In this document: positions 20,621 to 29,932 of the stretch, piece after piece
Layout of the letters: every line of letters starts with the position of its first letter
How positions within the stretch are numbered: the stretch's first letter is position 1
DNA from: Candidatus Aminicenantes bacterium
GTDB taxonomy: Bacteria > Acidobacteriota > Aminicenantia > Aminicenantales > UBA4085
DNA length: 64,000 bases
Assembly (NCBI GenBank): GCA_026393895.1
Contig: JAPKZG010000035.1
Span: forward strand, 607-64,606
Direction of reading: 5' to 3'
Position numbers and translations under genes: made by a program
The notes under the pieces: model-generated
Databases searched by the model: none
What the model was told of the DNA's origin: nothing
Seen by the model: the letters and a program-made list of their open reading frames with translations, nothing else

Positions 20621-21849
20621 AAATCCTGATCCATACAATGTATTTCCTTCCGGACATGGGGAGCGCTCCCATCCTTATGGACGAATTGGCCGCGTCTCTC
20701 GCGGCCCGCGGCCATCGCGTCGAAATCATCACGACGACCCCCCGTCCGCCCCACAATCGCGGGTATGAGGGAAAATTGTTCGTCCGGGAGACGCGGAACG
20801 GGGTGAAGGTCACCCGCTTCCCGACTAATTTTACGGTCCACCCGATCGGCCGGCTGATCGCCTGGTCGATCTACACGTTGGCCACGTTTTGGCACCTGCG
20901 GACCGTCCGGCGCGGCGACGTCGTGTTCCTTCGGCTTCCGCCCCTTCAACTCGGGCTGACCGGAATCCTGGCCCGGGTCCTTTGCGGCGCCTCGGTCATT
21001 CTCAACGTCCAGGACATTCACCCGGATCTTTCGATCGAAGCGGGTATTCTCCGCAATCCGCTGGCGATCCGGATCGCCCGGGCTTTCGAAAAATGGATTT
21101 ACAACGGCCACGATCGGATCGTCGTCATCAGCGACGGCTTCCGAAAAAACCTCCTGGCCAAAGGCGTTCCCGAGGACAAAATCTCCATCATCCCGAATTG
21201 GGTGGATACGGATTTCATCCGGCCATTGCCCAAGGACAACCCCGTATCCCGCCGTCACGGCCTGCACGACGTTTTTTCCGTCATGTATTCGGGAACGATC
21301 AGCATCTCTAGCTTCGAAACCCTGACCCGGATCCTCGAAGCAGCCCGGTTCTTGGCAAACGACCCGGGAATCCGGATCGTCATCGTCGGGGACGGCCTTA
21401 AACTTTCCGACCTTCGGGCCCGGGCGGACGCCCTCCGCCTGGGCAACGTCGATTTCCTTCCGTTCCAACCGTACGCCGACCTCCCCGACCTGCTGGCCTC
21501 GGCGGACGGGCTGATGGTCCCGCTGGATAAGGACAAATCGTTTCTCTCCGTTCCCTCGAAGCTTTACAACTTCCTGGCCGCGGGCCGGCCGATCTTAGGG
21601 CTTGCGACCGAATCCTCCGAGGTTTTTCAGATCATCCGCGACGCGGAGTGTGGCCTATGCGCCCCGCCCGATGATCCGGTCCGGATCGCCGCCGCCATCC
21701 GTGCTCTCAAGGAGGCCCCGGACCGGCGGGCCGAGATGGCCGCCAACGGCCGGCGGCTGGCCGAGGACATGTACTCGCGCCGGAGTGTGGTCGACGCCTT
21801 CGAAAAAATCATGGAATCCGCCAGCCGCGGCCCCGGGAGTTTACGCTGA
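20617..21849 (+). CDS. Glycosyltransferase family 4, WbuB-like
   Basis: ATG 20617 overlaps the upstream stop; YFLPD, VQDIHPD, IPNWVD, VPSKLYNFLAAGRPI. Confidence 0.9.
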   Translation: MKILIHTMYFLPDMGSAPILMDELAASLAARGHRVEIITTTPRPPHNRGYEGKLFVRETRNGVKVTRFPTNFTVHPIGRLIAWSIYTLATFWHLRTVRRGDVVFLRLPPLQLGLTGILARVLCGASVILNVQDIHPDLSIEAGILRNPLAIRIARAFEKWIYNGHDRIVVISDGFRKNLLAKGVPEDKISIIPNWVDTDFIRPLPKDNPVSRRHGLHDVFSVMYSGTISISSFETLTRILEAARFLANDPGIRIVIVGDGLKLSDLRARADALRLGNVDFLPFQPYADLPDLLASADGLMVPLDKDKSFLSVPSKLYNFLAAGRPILGLATESSEVFQIIRDAECGLCAPPDDPVRIAAAIRALKEAPDRRAEMAANGRRLAEDMYSRRSVVDAFEKIMESASRGPGSLR

Positions 21850-22478
21850 TGAAATCAGCGTTCCTGAAGGCGCTGTTTCTCAAACGACCGTTCGATGCGG
21901 CCTTATCGTTCTTCGGACTCCTCGTCTCATCCCCGCTCTGGGTCCTCATCCCGGTTCTCATCAAGATCGAGGACGGCGGGCCGATCTTTTTCAGCCAGGA
22001 GCGGGTTGGCAAGAACGGCCGGATTTTCAAAGCCCTGAAATTCCGTTCGATGCGAACGGATGCCGAGAAGGACGGCCCGCAACAGGCGGTCGAAGGCGAT
22101 CCCCGCGTCACCCGGGTGGGTCGGATCCTTCGGGCCACGGCGATGGACGAATTGCCCCAACTCGTCAACATTTTCAAGGGCGACATGAGTTTCGTCGGCC
22201 CGCGCGCCCTCCGGCCACACGAGAAGGAAGTCCATGGCGATCCCGATCAACGGGACATCCAGGACATTCCCGGATACCGGGAACGGCACATCGTCCGGCC
22301 GGGGTTGACCGGTTTGACCCAGGTCTTCCTCCCCGGCGACACGCCCCGCCGTAAAAAATTCCGGTATGACCTGCTCTATCTCCGCAAACGAAGTTTCTGG
22401 TACGACCTCCGGCTGATTTTTCTTTCCTTCTGGATCACCTTCCGGGGAAAGTGGGAATCCCGTCAATCCAAGGTTTAA
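21849..22478 (+). CDS. Priming sugar-phosphate transferase (Bac_transf family)
   Basis: KRPFD, FKALKFRSM, DPRVTRVGRILR, DELPQLVNIFKGDMSFVGPR, RPGLTG. Confidence 0.93.
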   Translation: MKSAFLKALFLKRPFDAALSFFGLLVSSPLWVLIPVLIKIEDGGPIFFSQERVGKNGRIFKALKFRSMRTDAEKDGPQQAVEGDPRVTRVGRILRATAMDELPQLVNIFKGDMSFVGPRALRPHEKEVHGDPDQRDIQDIPGYRERHIVRPGLTGLTQVFLPGDTPRRKKFRYDLLYLRKRSFWYDLRLIFLSFWITFRGKWESRQSKV

Positions 22479-22561
22479 GGCCGATTGATTCAGCCGCGGA
22501 AAAACGGCATAATAGGGCCTGGTTTTAGAAACGATGGGTGATTGAGAATCTTTAAGGATCG

Positions 22562-23764
22562 ATGACTGAATCTATGGAATTTTTAGATGTGGCTGTGATC
22601 GGCGGCGGGCCGGCGGGCCTGCAAACGGCCCGCCTGCTGGCCGAAGGGGGGGCGAGAGTCGCCGTTTTTGAAAAAAAACAGGAAATCGGCCGAGATGTCG
22701 TCTGTACGGGTTTCGTCGGCTGCGAAGTTTTTTCCGAGTTTGGGGTGCCGGCGGAGACCATCGGCTCCGAATTCCAGGAAGCTAAAATCGTGTCCTTTTC
22801 GGGACGGTCCATTCATTACCGTCATCCCGTTCCGTTCGCCGCCGTCGTCGACCGGCAACGATTCGACGGAATTTTAGCCGGTTTGGCGAAAAAGGCCGGG
22901 GCGGAAATCGAGACGGGAACGACCGTCCGCGATGTCGCGGTTTCCCGGGACGGCCTTACGATCGAAGCCATCCGGGACGGCCGGCCGGTCCGCCGGCGCG
23001 CCCGGCTCGCCGTTCTGGCGACGGGGATCGACCGCCGGCTCCATGCGAAGCTTGGCCTGATACCGCCGAAACGCACCGTGCACGGCGCTCAGGTCGAAAT
23101 CCAGGAGGAGGGGATCGCGATTCCGACGATTTACGTCGGGCCGCCGACGGCTCCTGGAGGATTTGCCTGGTCCGTTCCCTCCGGGAAAGGCCGGTTTCGC
23201 GTCGGGCTTATCACCGACAAGCATCCGCAAAAAGTGTTCGAGGGCTTCATCGCCCGCCATTATCCGCGGCTGGATTTGAACGGGGCCGTGCGGCGTCTCG
23301 AATTCAAGCCCATTTCCCAGGGGATGGCGAAAACGACGGTCGGAAACCGCGCCCTGGCCGTGGGCGAGGCCGCCGGTCAGGTCAAGACCACGACGGGCGG
23401 AGGGATCTATTACGGATTGTGGGGAGCCGGGCAGGCCTCGGAAGTCATTCTCGACGCCCTGAAAAAGGATTCCCTCGGGTCCGCCTCCCTTTCCCCGTAT
23501 GAGCGCCGCTGGAAGGCCGGCCTGCGCCGGGAAATCTCCGTGGGGTTTTATGCCCGAAAACTTTATTCCTGGATGAGCGAAGGGCAATTCGAAACCCTGT
23601 TTGCGCTGGCTCAATCCGATGGCATCATCCCGTTGATCCAACGGGAAGGTCATTTCGATTGGCAGAGCGGCGTGATCCTGTCGCTCTTTCGGAAAGCGGC
23701 CGTCGCCGAGATTTTCAAGGGGCTCTCCCGGAAAACCGCCTTGTTGGACCGTCTTTTGAATTGA
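22562..23764 (+). CDS. Geranylgeranyl reductase family FAD oxidoreductase
   Basis: DVAVIGGGPAG, CTG, DRQRFD, FAWSVP, VGEAAGQVKTTTGGGIYY. Confidence 0.85.
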   Translation: MTESMEFLDVAVIGGGPAGLQTARLLAEGGARVAVFEKKQEIGRDVVCTGFVGCEVFSEFGVPAETIGSEFQEAKIVSFSGRSIHYRHPVPFAAVVDRQRFDGILAGLAKKAGAEIETGTTVRDVAVSRDGLTIEAIRDGRPVRRRARLAVLATGIDRRLHAKLGLIPPKRTVHGAQVEIQEEGIAIPTIYVGPPTAPGGFAWSVPSGKGRFRVGLITDKHPQKVFEGFIARHYPRLDLNGAVRRLEFKPISQGMAKTTVGNRALAVGEAAGQVKTTTGGGIYYGLWGAGQASEVILDALKKDSLGSASLSPYERRWKAGLRREISVGFYARKLYSWMSEGQFETLFALAQSDGIIPLIQREGHFDWQSGVILSLFRKAAVAEIFKGLSRKTALLDRLLN

Positions 23765-23786
23765 CGGTTTCGATCCGGTAAACATC

Positions 23787-25025
23787 ATGCGCCGTTTGGC
23801 CGTCCTGATTTTCGGATGCCTCTGTTTGGCCGGGGCGGCGTCCGCCCAGACCTACCAGATTTTCGCGGACGAATACCAGCGCCTGATCACCCAGGCGCGC
23901 TGGAAACTGGGGCCGTTCCGGATTTTTCCGACGATCGATATCCGCGACGTCGGGTATGACGACAATCTTTATTTCGGAAGCGACCAGGGCGAACCTAAAA
24001 AGGACTTTACGGCGACGCTGTCTCCGGAAATCAAGGTCTATTGGCCGCTGCGGAACTCGTTCATTCTCTATTTCCGGGAAAATCCCGAGTACGCCTATTT
24101 TCATCGGGAATCGCAACAGCGGGCGTTTAACAACAGCTACGGGGCCGGTTTCCGGTATTTGTTGCTGGGCCGGTTCGTTCTGTCAAGCGAGGTGGGCAAC
24201 GCCGTCCACCGGCGCCGGCTTTCCTCCGAATTTCGGATTCCGGCCAGCGACCGGGTCCGGAGCCTCCAGGCCGGCTTTTCCTTCGAGACCGCCCGGAAAA
24301 CTTCGATCGGAATCACGGGCGCCGTCCGGAAAATTTCCTACGAGGAAATTTACTTCAATCCCGAGGACGCTCCGGTGTCCCGGCTCCTTGACAGGGAGGA
24401 ACGGGAGATTGGCGCGGAGGCGTACTATCAGCTTTTTTCCGACGGGTTTCTCTTTCTTCGCGGAAATTTCCAGGAATACCGTTTTTTGGACGAAGCGGCC
24501 CTTTGGCGGAATTCAACCGCAACTTCGTTATGGGCGGGCCTCCGGTTTCCGCTCCTCGGCCGGATGAGCGGCGTTCTGAATTTCGGTTTTAAGGAATTTA
24601 ACCCAAAAATGGAGGGGGAGCCCCCGTTCCATGGCCTGGTCGGAAATTCCGGGCTCGAGCTGCGGACCGGCCGGCTTGCCTTCCGCCTGAATTTCGCCCG
24701 GGACCTGTCTTTTTCCTCATATGCCGAAATCTTTTACTATGTCGAGAATTCGGTCCGGCTGGGCGGGTCCCTCTATTTGACACCATTCTTGAAAGTCGAT
24801 TATGATTATTCCAGTGGACGTGCGGAATATTCCGCCCGGGAATCGGGAACAGAGTCCGAGGGGAGGGTGGATCGGCGCCGGAATCATTCTCTAGGATTGC
24901 TGGTCCGCGTGTTCCGGACGGCGGGAATCGGAATCTCCTGGAATTTCGAACGTTGGATGTCTGCCCGCGCGGGGTTCGACCGGGCCCGGAACTTCTTCGG
25001 CCTGGCCTTCACCCGGAGTTTTTAA
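23787..25025 (+). CDS. Outer-membrane beta-barrel associated with polysaccharide export (EpsL-like)
   Basis: Signal peptide, GYDDN motif, amphipathic strands, C-terminal Phe; lies directly upstream of wza. Confidence 0.7.
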   Translation: MRRLAVLIFGCLCLAGAASAQTYQIFADEYQRLITQARWKLGPFRIFPTIDIRDVGYDDNLYFGSDQGEPKKDFTATLSPEIKVYWPLRNSFILYFRENPEYAYFHRESQQRAFNNSYGAGFRYLLLGRFVLSSEVGNAVHRRRLSSEFRIPASDRVRSLQAGFSFETARKTSIGITGAVRKISYEEIYFNPEDAPVSRLLDREEREIGAEAYYQLFSDGFLFLRGNFQEYRFLDEAALWRNSTATSLWAGLRFPLLGRMSGVLNFGFKEFNPKMEGEPPFHGLVGNSGLELRTGRLAFRLNFARDLSFSSYAEIFYYVENSVRLGGSLYLTPFLKVDYDYSSGRAEYSARESGTESEGRVDRRRNHSLGLLVRVFRTAGIGISWNFERWMSARAGFDRARNFFGLAFTRSF

Positions 25026-25038
25026 GAAGGAGACGAGG

Positions 25039-25902
25039 ATGAAACATCAAACGGCGATCATAACGGGGGCGATTCTATTTCTTTGGTGGGGATCGTCCGT
25101 CGTCCCGGCCCAGGACGTCGCGGAACAAACGGAAAGGTTCGTGACCGCTTACCGGATCGGGCCCAAGGATCTTCTCGGGATCGAAGTCCGCGAGGACGCT
25201 AAGTTGAATACCGAGGTCCGGGTTTCCGAACAAGGGAAGATCAATCTCGCCTATATCAACGAAATCTATGTCGAGGGGCTTACCGCGGCCGAATTGGGGA
25301 ACAAGCTGGCGGAGCTTTATTCGCCGTACCTGCGCGACCCGCACGTTGCCGTCACCATCAAGGAACGTCAGAGCAAGCAGGTCTCCATCCTGGGGGCGGT
25401 GACCAAGCCGGGATTCGTCCAGCTCTTCGGCCGGACGACCCTGCTGGAGGCCATCACCGCGGCGGGCGGATTGACCCGGGAAGCCGCCCGGGAGATCATC
25501 ATCATCCGGACGTTTCCGGACGGGACGACGAACAACATCAAGATCCCGATCGACGACCTGATGTTGAGGGGCGACCCGAAGTACAATCTTCCCCTTGAAG
25601 CGGGAGACAGCGTCATCGTTCAAATCGACCGGACGGTTATCATCTATATTTACGGCCAGGTCAAATCCCCGGGTGCGCTGGCGGTCCTCCAATCGCGGAT
25701 CCCGACGGTTACCCAGGCGATCGCCCAAGCGGGGGGATTCACCGATCGGGCGGCCAAACGGCGGGTGGTCGTGACTCGCAAGGACGAAAACGGCCGGGAA
25801 AAAACCTTCAACATCAACGTCGTCCGGATCCAGAACAATCGCATCGAGGATTTTCAACTTCGGGAAGGCGATACCGTCTTCGTCCCGGATACGATCTTCT
25901 GA
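25039..25902 (+). CDS. wza: Polysaccharide export protein (Poly_export + SLBB domains)
   Basis: YRIGPKDLLGI, VSILGAVTKPG, AAGGL, GQVKSPG, GDTVFVP. Confidence 0.9.
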   Translation: MKHQTAIITGAILFLWWGSSVVPAQDVAEQTERFVTAYRIGPKDLLGIEVREDAKLNTEVRVSEQGKINLAYINEIYVEGLTAAELGNKLAELYSPYLRDPHVAVTIKERQSKQVSILGAVTKPGFVQLFGRTTLLEAITAAGGLTREAAREIIIIRTFPDGTTNNIKIPIDDLMLRGDPKYNLPLEAGDSVIVQIDRTVIIYIYGQVKSPGALAVLQSRIPTVTQAIAQAGGFTDRAAKRRVVVTRKDENGREKTFNINVVRIQNNRIEDFQLREGDTVFVPDTIF

Positions 25903-25946
25903 GACGCTCCCCCCATGACGGCGTTCGGCTCCGCACCCCGCCCCTT

Positions 25947-26011
25947 CTCACCTCTAAGGGGGAGGGGGAGGGAGAAAAAATCACCGGGGAGTTCATCCCC
26001 CCGGACGATTG
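25947..26011. repeat. Dispersed intergenic repeat, copy B
   Basis: Aligns without gaps to 16428-16492; lies upstream of wzc. Confidence 0.75.
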
Positions 26012-26089
26012 CCGGGGAAACGCTTCGGAGTTATCTTACCCCCGGTACGGCGCCTCCCGCGCCCTGACCGGGAAGTATAAGGAACGAAC

Positions 26090-28396
26090 ATGACCGCCGC
26101 GCGACAATCGATTCGGCAAGACATCAACCTGATGGAATATTGGGAGATCGTCTGGAAACGAAAGACGCTCGTTCTTTCCACCCTGGGCGCTTGTCTGGCC
26201 CTGGTCGCGGTCCTGTCGTTCACCCAGACCCGTCTTTACACGGCGACGGCTCAGATCCTGATCGAAGATCAGGGGTCGAGCAAATTCAACCTCCAGGAAT
26301 ACCTCAACGCCCCGACGAACACGACCGACGACTTCCTGGGAACGTATTTCAACACGCAGCTGCGGATCATCCAAAGCCGCAGTTTGGCGGAGCGGGTCGC
26401 GAAAAAGATGAATCTCGGCTCCCGGGCCGAATTCCGGTCCGAGTTGGAAAAGGACCGGACGATGCTCGAGATGGCCAAGTATATCGTCACCCTCCGCTGG
26501 CTTCGGCCGAAAAGCAAGACGCCGGATACGGCCGGGGAGATCCCGACGGGCGCCGAAGCCGAAACCATATATGCCGGCCTGTTGCTGAGGAGATTGTCCG
26601 TCTACCCGGTGCCGGAGACCCGGCTCGTCGACGTGAGTTATGTCTCTCCCAACTCCCGGTTCTCGGCCGATGTCGTCAACACCCTGGTCCAGGAGTATAT
26701 CGACTATTCCATCGAGTCGCGCTCCGAGGCGACCCAGCAGACCTCGGATTTCCTCACGGAAACGATCGCCCAGCTCCGGCAGGACCTCGATTCCAAGGAG
26801 CGTCAGCTCCAACGCTATTCCGGGGAGAAAAAAATCCTGCCGCTTTCCGATAAGGATTCAAACACCGTGTCCCAATACGCCTCCACGGCCAGCGCCTATT
26901 CGAGCGCCCAGGTCGCCCGGATCGCCGCCCAGGCCAAGTACCAGGAACTCCAAAAACTTCGGGTCGACACCCTTCCGCAAAACGTCAGCGACCCGACGAT
27001 CCAGGTGTTGCGGACGAATTATTATCAGGCGAAATCCGAATACGAGGAAAAGATCGCGACGACGTATACGCCCAGCCATCCGGAAATGATTCAGCTCAGG
27101 GCTAAAGTCGATACCTTGGAATCTCAGCTGAAAACGGAGATCAAAAAAGCCGTCGACCTGGCTTATTCCGAATATTCCCAGGCCCTGGGCAACGAAAACC
27201 GGCTGAGGGACATGCTGGACAGCAAACGGACGGAAGTCACCCAACAGAACAATGACTCTCTGTTCTACGCCGGCCTGAACACCGACGTTGAAAGCCTCCG
27301 GGAGCTGATTTCCAACCTCACCGCCCAGCAGAAAACGACCCAGGTCTCGACCATGTTGAGCGGCCTGAAAACGAGCAACATCAAAATCGTCGACCGGGCC
27401 CTCGTCCCCGACAGCCCCTCTTCGCCGAACATCAAGCGCAACTTCATCGTCGCTTTTCTTTTCGGGCTCATGCTGGGCGTCGGTCTGGCCTTTGCGGCCC
27501 ATTTCCTGGACAACACGATTAAAAATCCGGAGGATCTGGACAAGCTGACCGGCCTTCCCTCGTTGGGCCTGATTCCTCACTTTTCGCCCAATGATTCCGG
27601 CGGCAAAGGGGTATACGCCTCACCCTACGGAGACTCCGCCGCCCAGAACCCGGAGGCGACCAAGGTCTCGGAAATCGAACTCATCAATCACCTGTTCCCG
27701 AAAATTTCGATTGCCGAGGACTACCGGAACGTCCGGACGTCGATTCTCTTTTCCCGGGTCGACAGCGACCAACGGGTGATCGCCTTCACCAGCACCCAAC
27801 CCCAGGAGGGCAAGTCGGCGACCATCTCGAACATCGCCATCTCGTTCGCCCAGATGGGCGAACGGGTGCTGGCGATCGACGCCGACCTGCGCAAGCCCCG
27901 GCTTCACAAGATTTTCCAGGTTCGAAACACCGTCGGCTTGAGCGACGTCCTGACCGGCCGGGTCGATCTCGAGGAGGCCGTCCAGAAAACACCGGTCGCC
28001 CATTTTTCTCTCCTGCCGAGCGGCCCGCATCCGCCCAATCCGGCCGAGCTGCTGAATTCCAAGAAAATGAAGGCGCTGCTGGCCGTCGTTCGCGATCGTT
28101 ACGAGATCGTCCTCATCGACCTTCCGCCGGTCCTGGCCGTCGTCGATCCGGTGATTGTGGCGGCCCTGGCCGACATGACGATCATTATTTTGAAAACCGG
28201 CAAAACGACCCGGAAGCCGCTTCTGCGGGCGATCGATCAACTCCGCAAGGCCAAAGCCCGGATCGCCGGCGTGATCTTCAACGACGCCGAAACCAAGAAA
28301 AGCACGTTCATGACGCCGTACTTCCAGTACGAATACTACCAGGATCCGAGCGTGGACGAGGCGGCCCTCCAGAAAAAGGCCGAAAAGAAAGACTGA
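26090..28396 (+). CDS. wzc: Polysaccharide co-polymerase / tyrosine autokinase
   Basis: Two TM segments flanking coiled coil; EDYRNVRTSI, Walker A PQEGKS, IDADLRKP, IDLPP, Tyr cluster PYFQYEYY. Confidence 0.93.
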   Translation: MTAARQSIRQDINLMEYWEIVWKRKTLVLSTLGACLALVAVLSFTQTRLYTATAQILIEDQGSSKFNLQEYLNAPTNTTDDFLGTYFNTQLRIIQSRSLAERVAKKMNLGSRAEFRSELEKDRTMLEMAKYIVTLRWLRPKSKTPDTAGEIPTGAEAETIYAGLLLRRLSVYPVPETRLVDVSYVSPNSRFSADVVNTLVQEYIDYSIESRSEATQQTSDFLTETIAQLRQDLDSKERQLQRYSGEKKILPLSDKDSNTVSQYASTASAYSSAQVARIAAQAKYQELQKLRVDTLPQNVSDPTIQVLRTNYYQAKSEYEEKIATTYTPSHPEMIQLRAKVDTLESQLKTEIKKAVDLAYSEYSQALGNENRLRDMLDSKRTEVTQQNNDSLFYAGLNTDVESLRELISNLTAQQKTTQVSTMLSGLKTSNIKIVDRALVPDSPSSPNIKRNFIVAFLFGLMLGVGLAFAAHFLDNTIKNPEDLDKLTGLPSLGLIPHFSPNDSGGKGVYASPYGDSAAQNPEATKVSEIELINHLFPKISIAEDYRNVRTSILFSRVDSDQRVIAFTSTQPQEGKSATISNIAISFAQMGERVLAIDADLRKPRLHKIFQVRNTVGLSDVLTGRVDLEEAVQKTPVAHFSLLPSGPHPPNPAELLNSKKMKALLAVVRDRYEIVLIDLPPVLAVVDPVIVAALADMTIIILKTGKTTRKPLLRAIDQLRKAKARIAGVIFNDAETKKSTFMTPYFQYEYYQDPSVDEAALQKKAEKKD

Positions 28397-28404
28397 TCCG
28401 TCCT

Positions 28405-29931
28405 ATGTGGAAAATCAGAATCCAGAAATTCCATTGGCGGGCGAAACCGTCCGTCGCCGCGCCCGGACCTCCGGCGAAACCATCCCGGACGGCGGGGGTC
28501 GAAACGAACGACCTCGACGGTTTGAGCGCCCGGGACCGCCTGGGCCGCAAGATCCTCGATTACGGCCTCCTGGCCCTCCTGGTCTGGACGCCGTTGCCCA
28601 TCGCCTCGGTGGAGTCGTGGTCGATACTCGTCATCGAAGTCGCCGCCCTCGCCCTTTTTTCCGTCTATCTTTTTCTGGATCAGAAGCCCCGTCCGAGTCC
28701 CAAGCTGCTTTCGGAGATGCGGCTCATCCGGCCGGTGTTTCTCGGCCTGTTTGTTTTTCTAGGCCTCCAGATGCTGCCCCTGCCGGCCGGGATCGTCCGG
28801 ATTCTTTCGCCCCGGGCGGCGGCTCTCCGGTCCCAATATGTTCCGGTTTCAGCCCAGGCCAAGACGGCGACGCTTTCCCTCCTTCCCGGTTCCACTCTGG
28901 CCGCGACGCTGGAACTCCTGGCCTTTGTCCTGGTCGGTTTTCTGGTTCTGCGGACGGTGACCCACCGGAAACAGATCCGCCGAATCATGCTGACGCTGGT
29001 CGTTATGGGGATTTTCGAGGCGCTTTACGGGATGTTCGAGTTGTACCGGAACCATCCGCGGAACCTTTTTTATCCGAAGACGTTCAACCTGGGTTCGGCC
29101 ACCGGGACGTTCGTCAACCGCAACCATTACGCCGGCTACCTGGAAATGGTGATCCCCCTCGCCCTGGGGCTCATCATTTCCCGGATCGACCTCTTCGGCG
29201 AGCCCGGCACGCCGTTCCGGGCTCGGTTCGCCCGGTTCCTTAACCGGGGACTGGGCGTAAATCTTCTGCTCGGGATCGGCATCGTAGTCATGGCCGTCGC
29301 CCTTCTTCTCTCCAATTCCCGTTCGGGATTCGTCATCCTGCTACTCTCCTTCGTTCTCATGTCCGTCCTTACGGCCCAATACTTCGGCCATACCCGGATG
29401 CAACAGGGCTGGGTCCGCCGCGTCATTCAAATCGCCGCCGTTTCCATCATCGGCTTCGGCTTGTATATCGGCCTGGAAACCATGATCGGACGGTTTGCCG
29501 TGGACAGACTCCTTCAAGACGGCCGGCCCCGGTATTGGGGTGGAGTCATGACGATGATCGGCCAGTTCCCCCTCTTCGGCGTCGGGTTCGGCGCCTTCGG
29601 CAGCGTTTATCAGGCGTACGATACGACGGGCATGGAATACGCCCTCGTCCATGCCCACAACGACTATTTGGAACTCCTCAGCGAACTGGGCGTCCTGGGT
29701 TTCGGGTTGCTGGCTTTCGGGGTGGGGTTGATCCTGTTCAAATCCTTCCGAACGTGGATGGCCCGGCGCCATCCCGAACTCAAGGGATTGGCCCTGGGAT
29801 GCCTGGCTTCCGTGGCGGCGATCATGATCCACAGCATGACGGACTTCAATCTCCAGATCCCGGCCAACGCCCTTGTCTTTTCCGTCATCCTCGCCCTGAC
29901 GATGAAGACGGTCTATCACCGGAAAACCTGA
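28405..29931 (+). CDS. O-antigen ligase family protein (ligase or O-oligosaccharyltransferase-like)
   Basis: GTFVNRNHYAGYL, SNSRSG, FGVGFGAF, HAHNDYLELLSELG, HSMTDFNLQIPAN. Confidence 0.85.
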   Translation: MWKIRIQKFHWRAKPSVAAPGPPAKPSRTAGVETNDLDGLSARDRLGRKILDYGLLALLVWTPLPIASVESWSILVIEVAALALFSVYLFLDQKPRPSPKLLSEMRLIRPVFLGLFVFLGLQMLPLPAGIVRILSPRAAALRSQYVPVSAQAKTATLSLLPGSTLAATLELLAFVLVGFLVLRTVTHRKQIRRIMLTLVVMGIFEALYGMFELYRNHPRNLFYPKTFNLGSATGTFVNRNHYAGYLEMVIPLALGLIISRIDLFGEPGTPFRARFARFLNRGLGVNLLLGIGIVVMAVALLLSNSRSGFVILLLSFVLMSVLTAQYFGHTRMQQGWVRRVIQIAAVSIIGFGLYIGLETMIGRFAVDRLLQDGRPRYWGGVMTMIGQFPLFGVGFGAFGSVYQAYDTTGMEYALVHAHNDYLELLSELGVLGFGLLAFGVGLILFKSFRTWMARRHPELKGLALGCLASVAAIMIHSMTDFNLQIPANALVFSVILALTMKTVYHRKT

Positions 29932-29932
29932 C

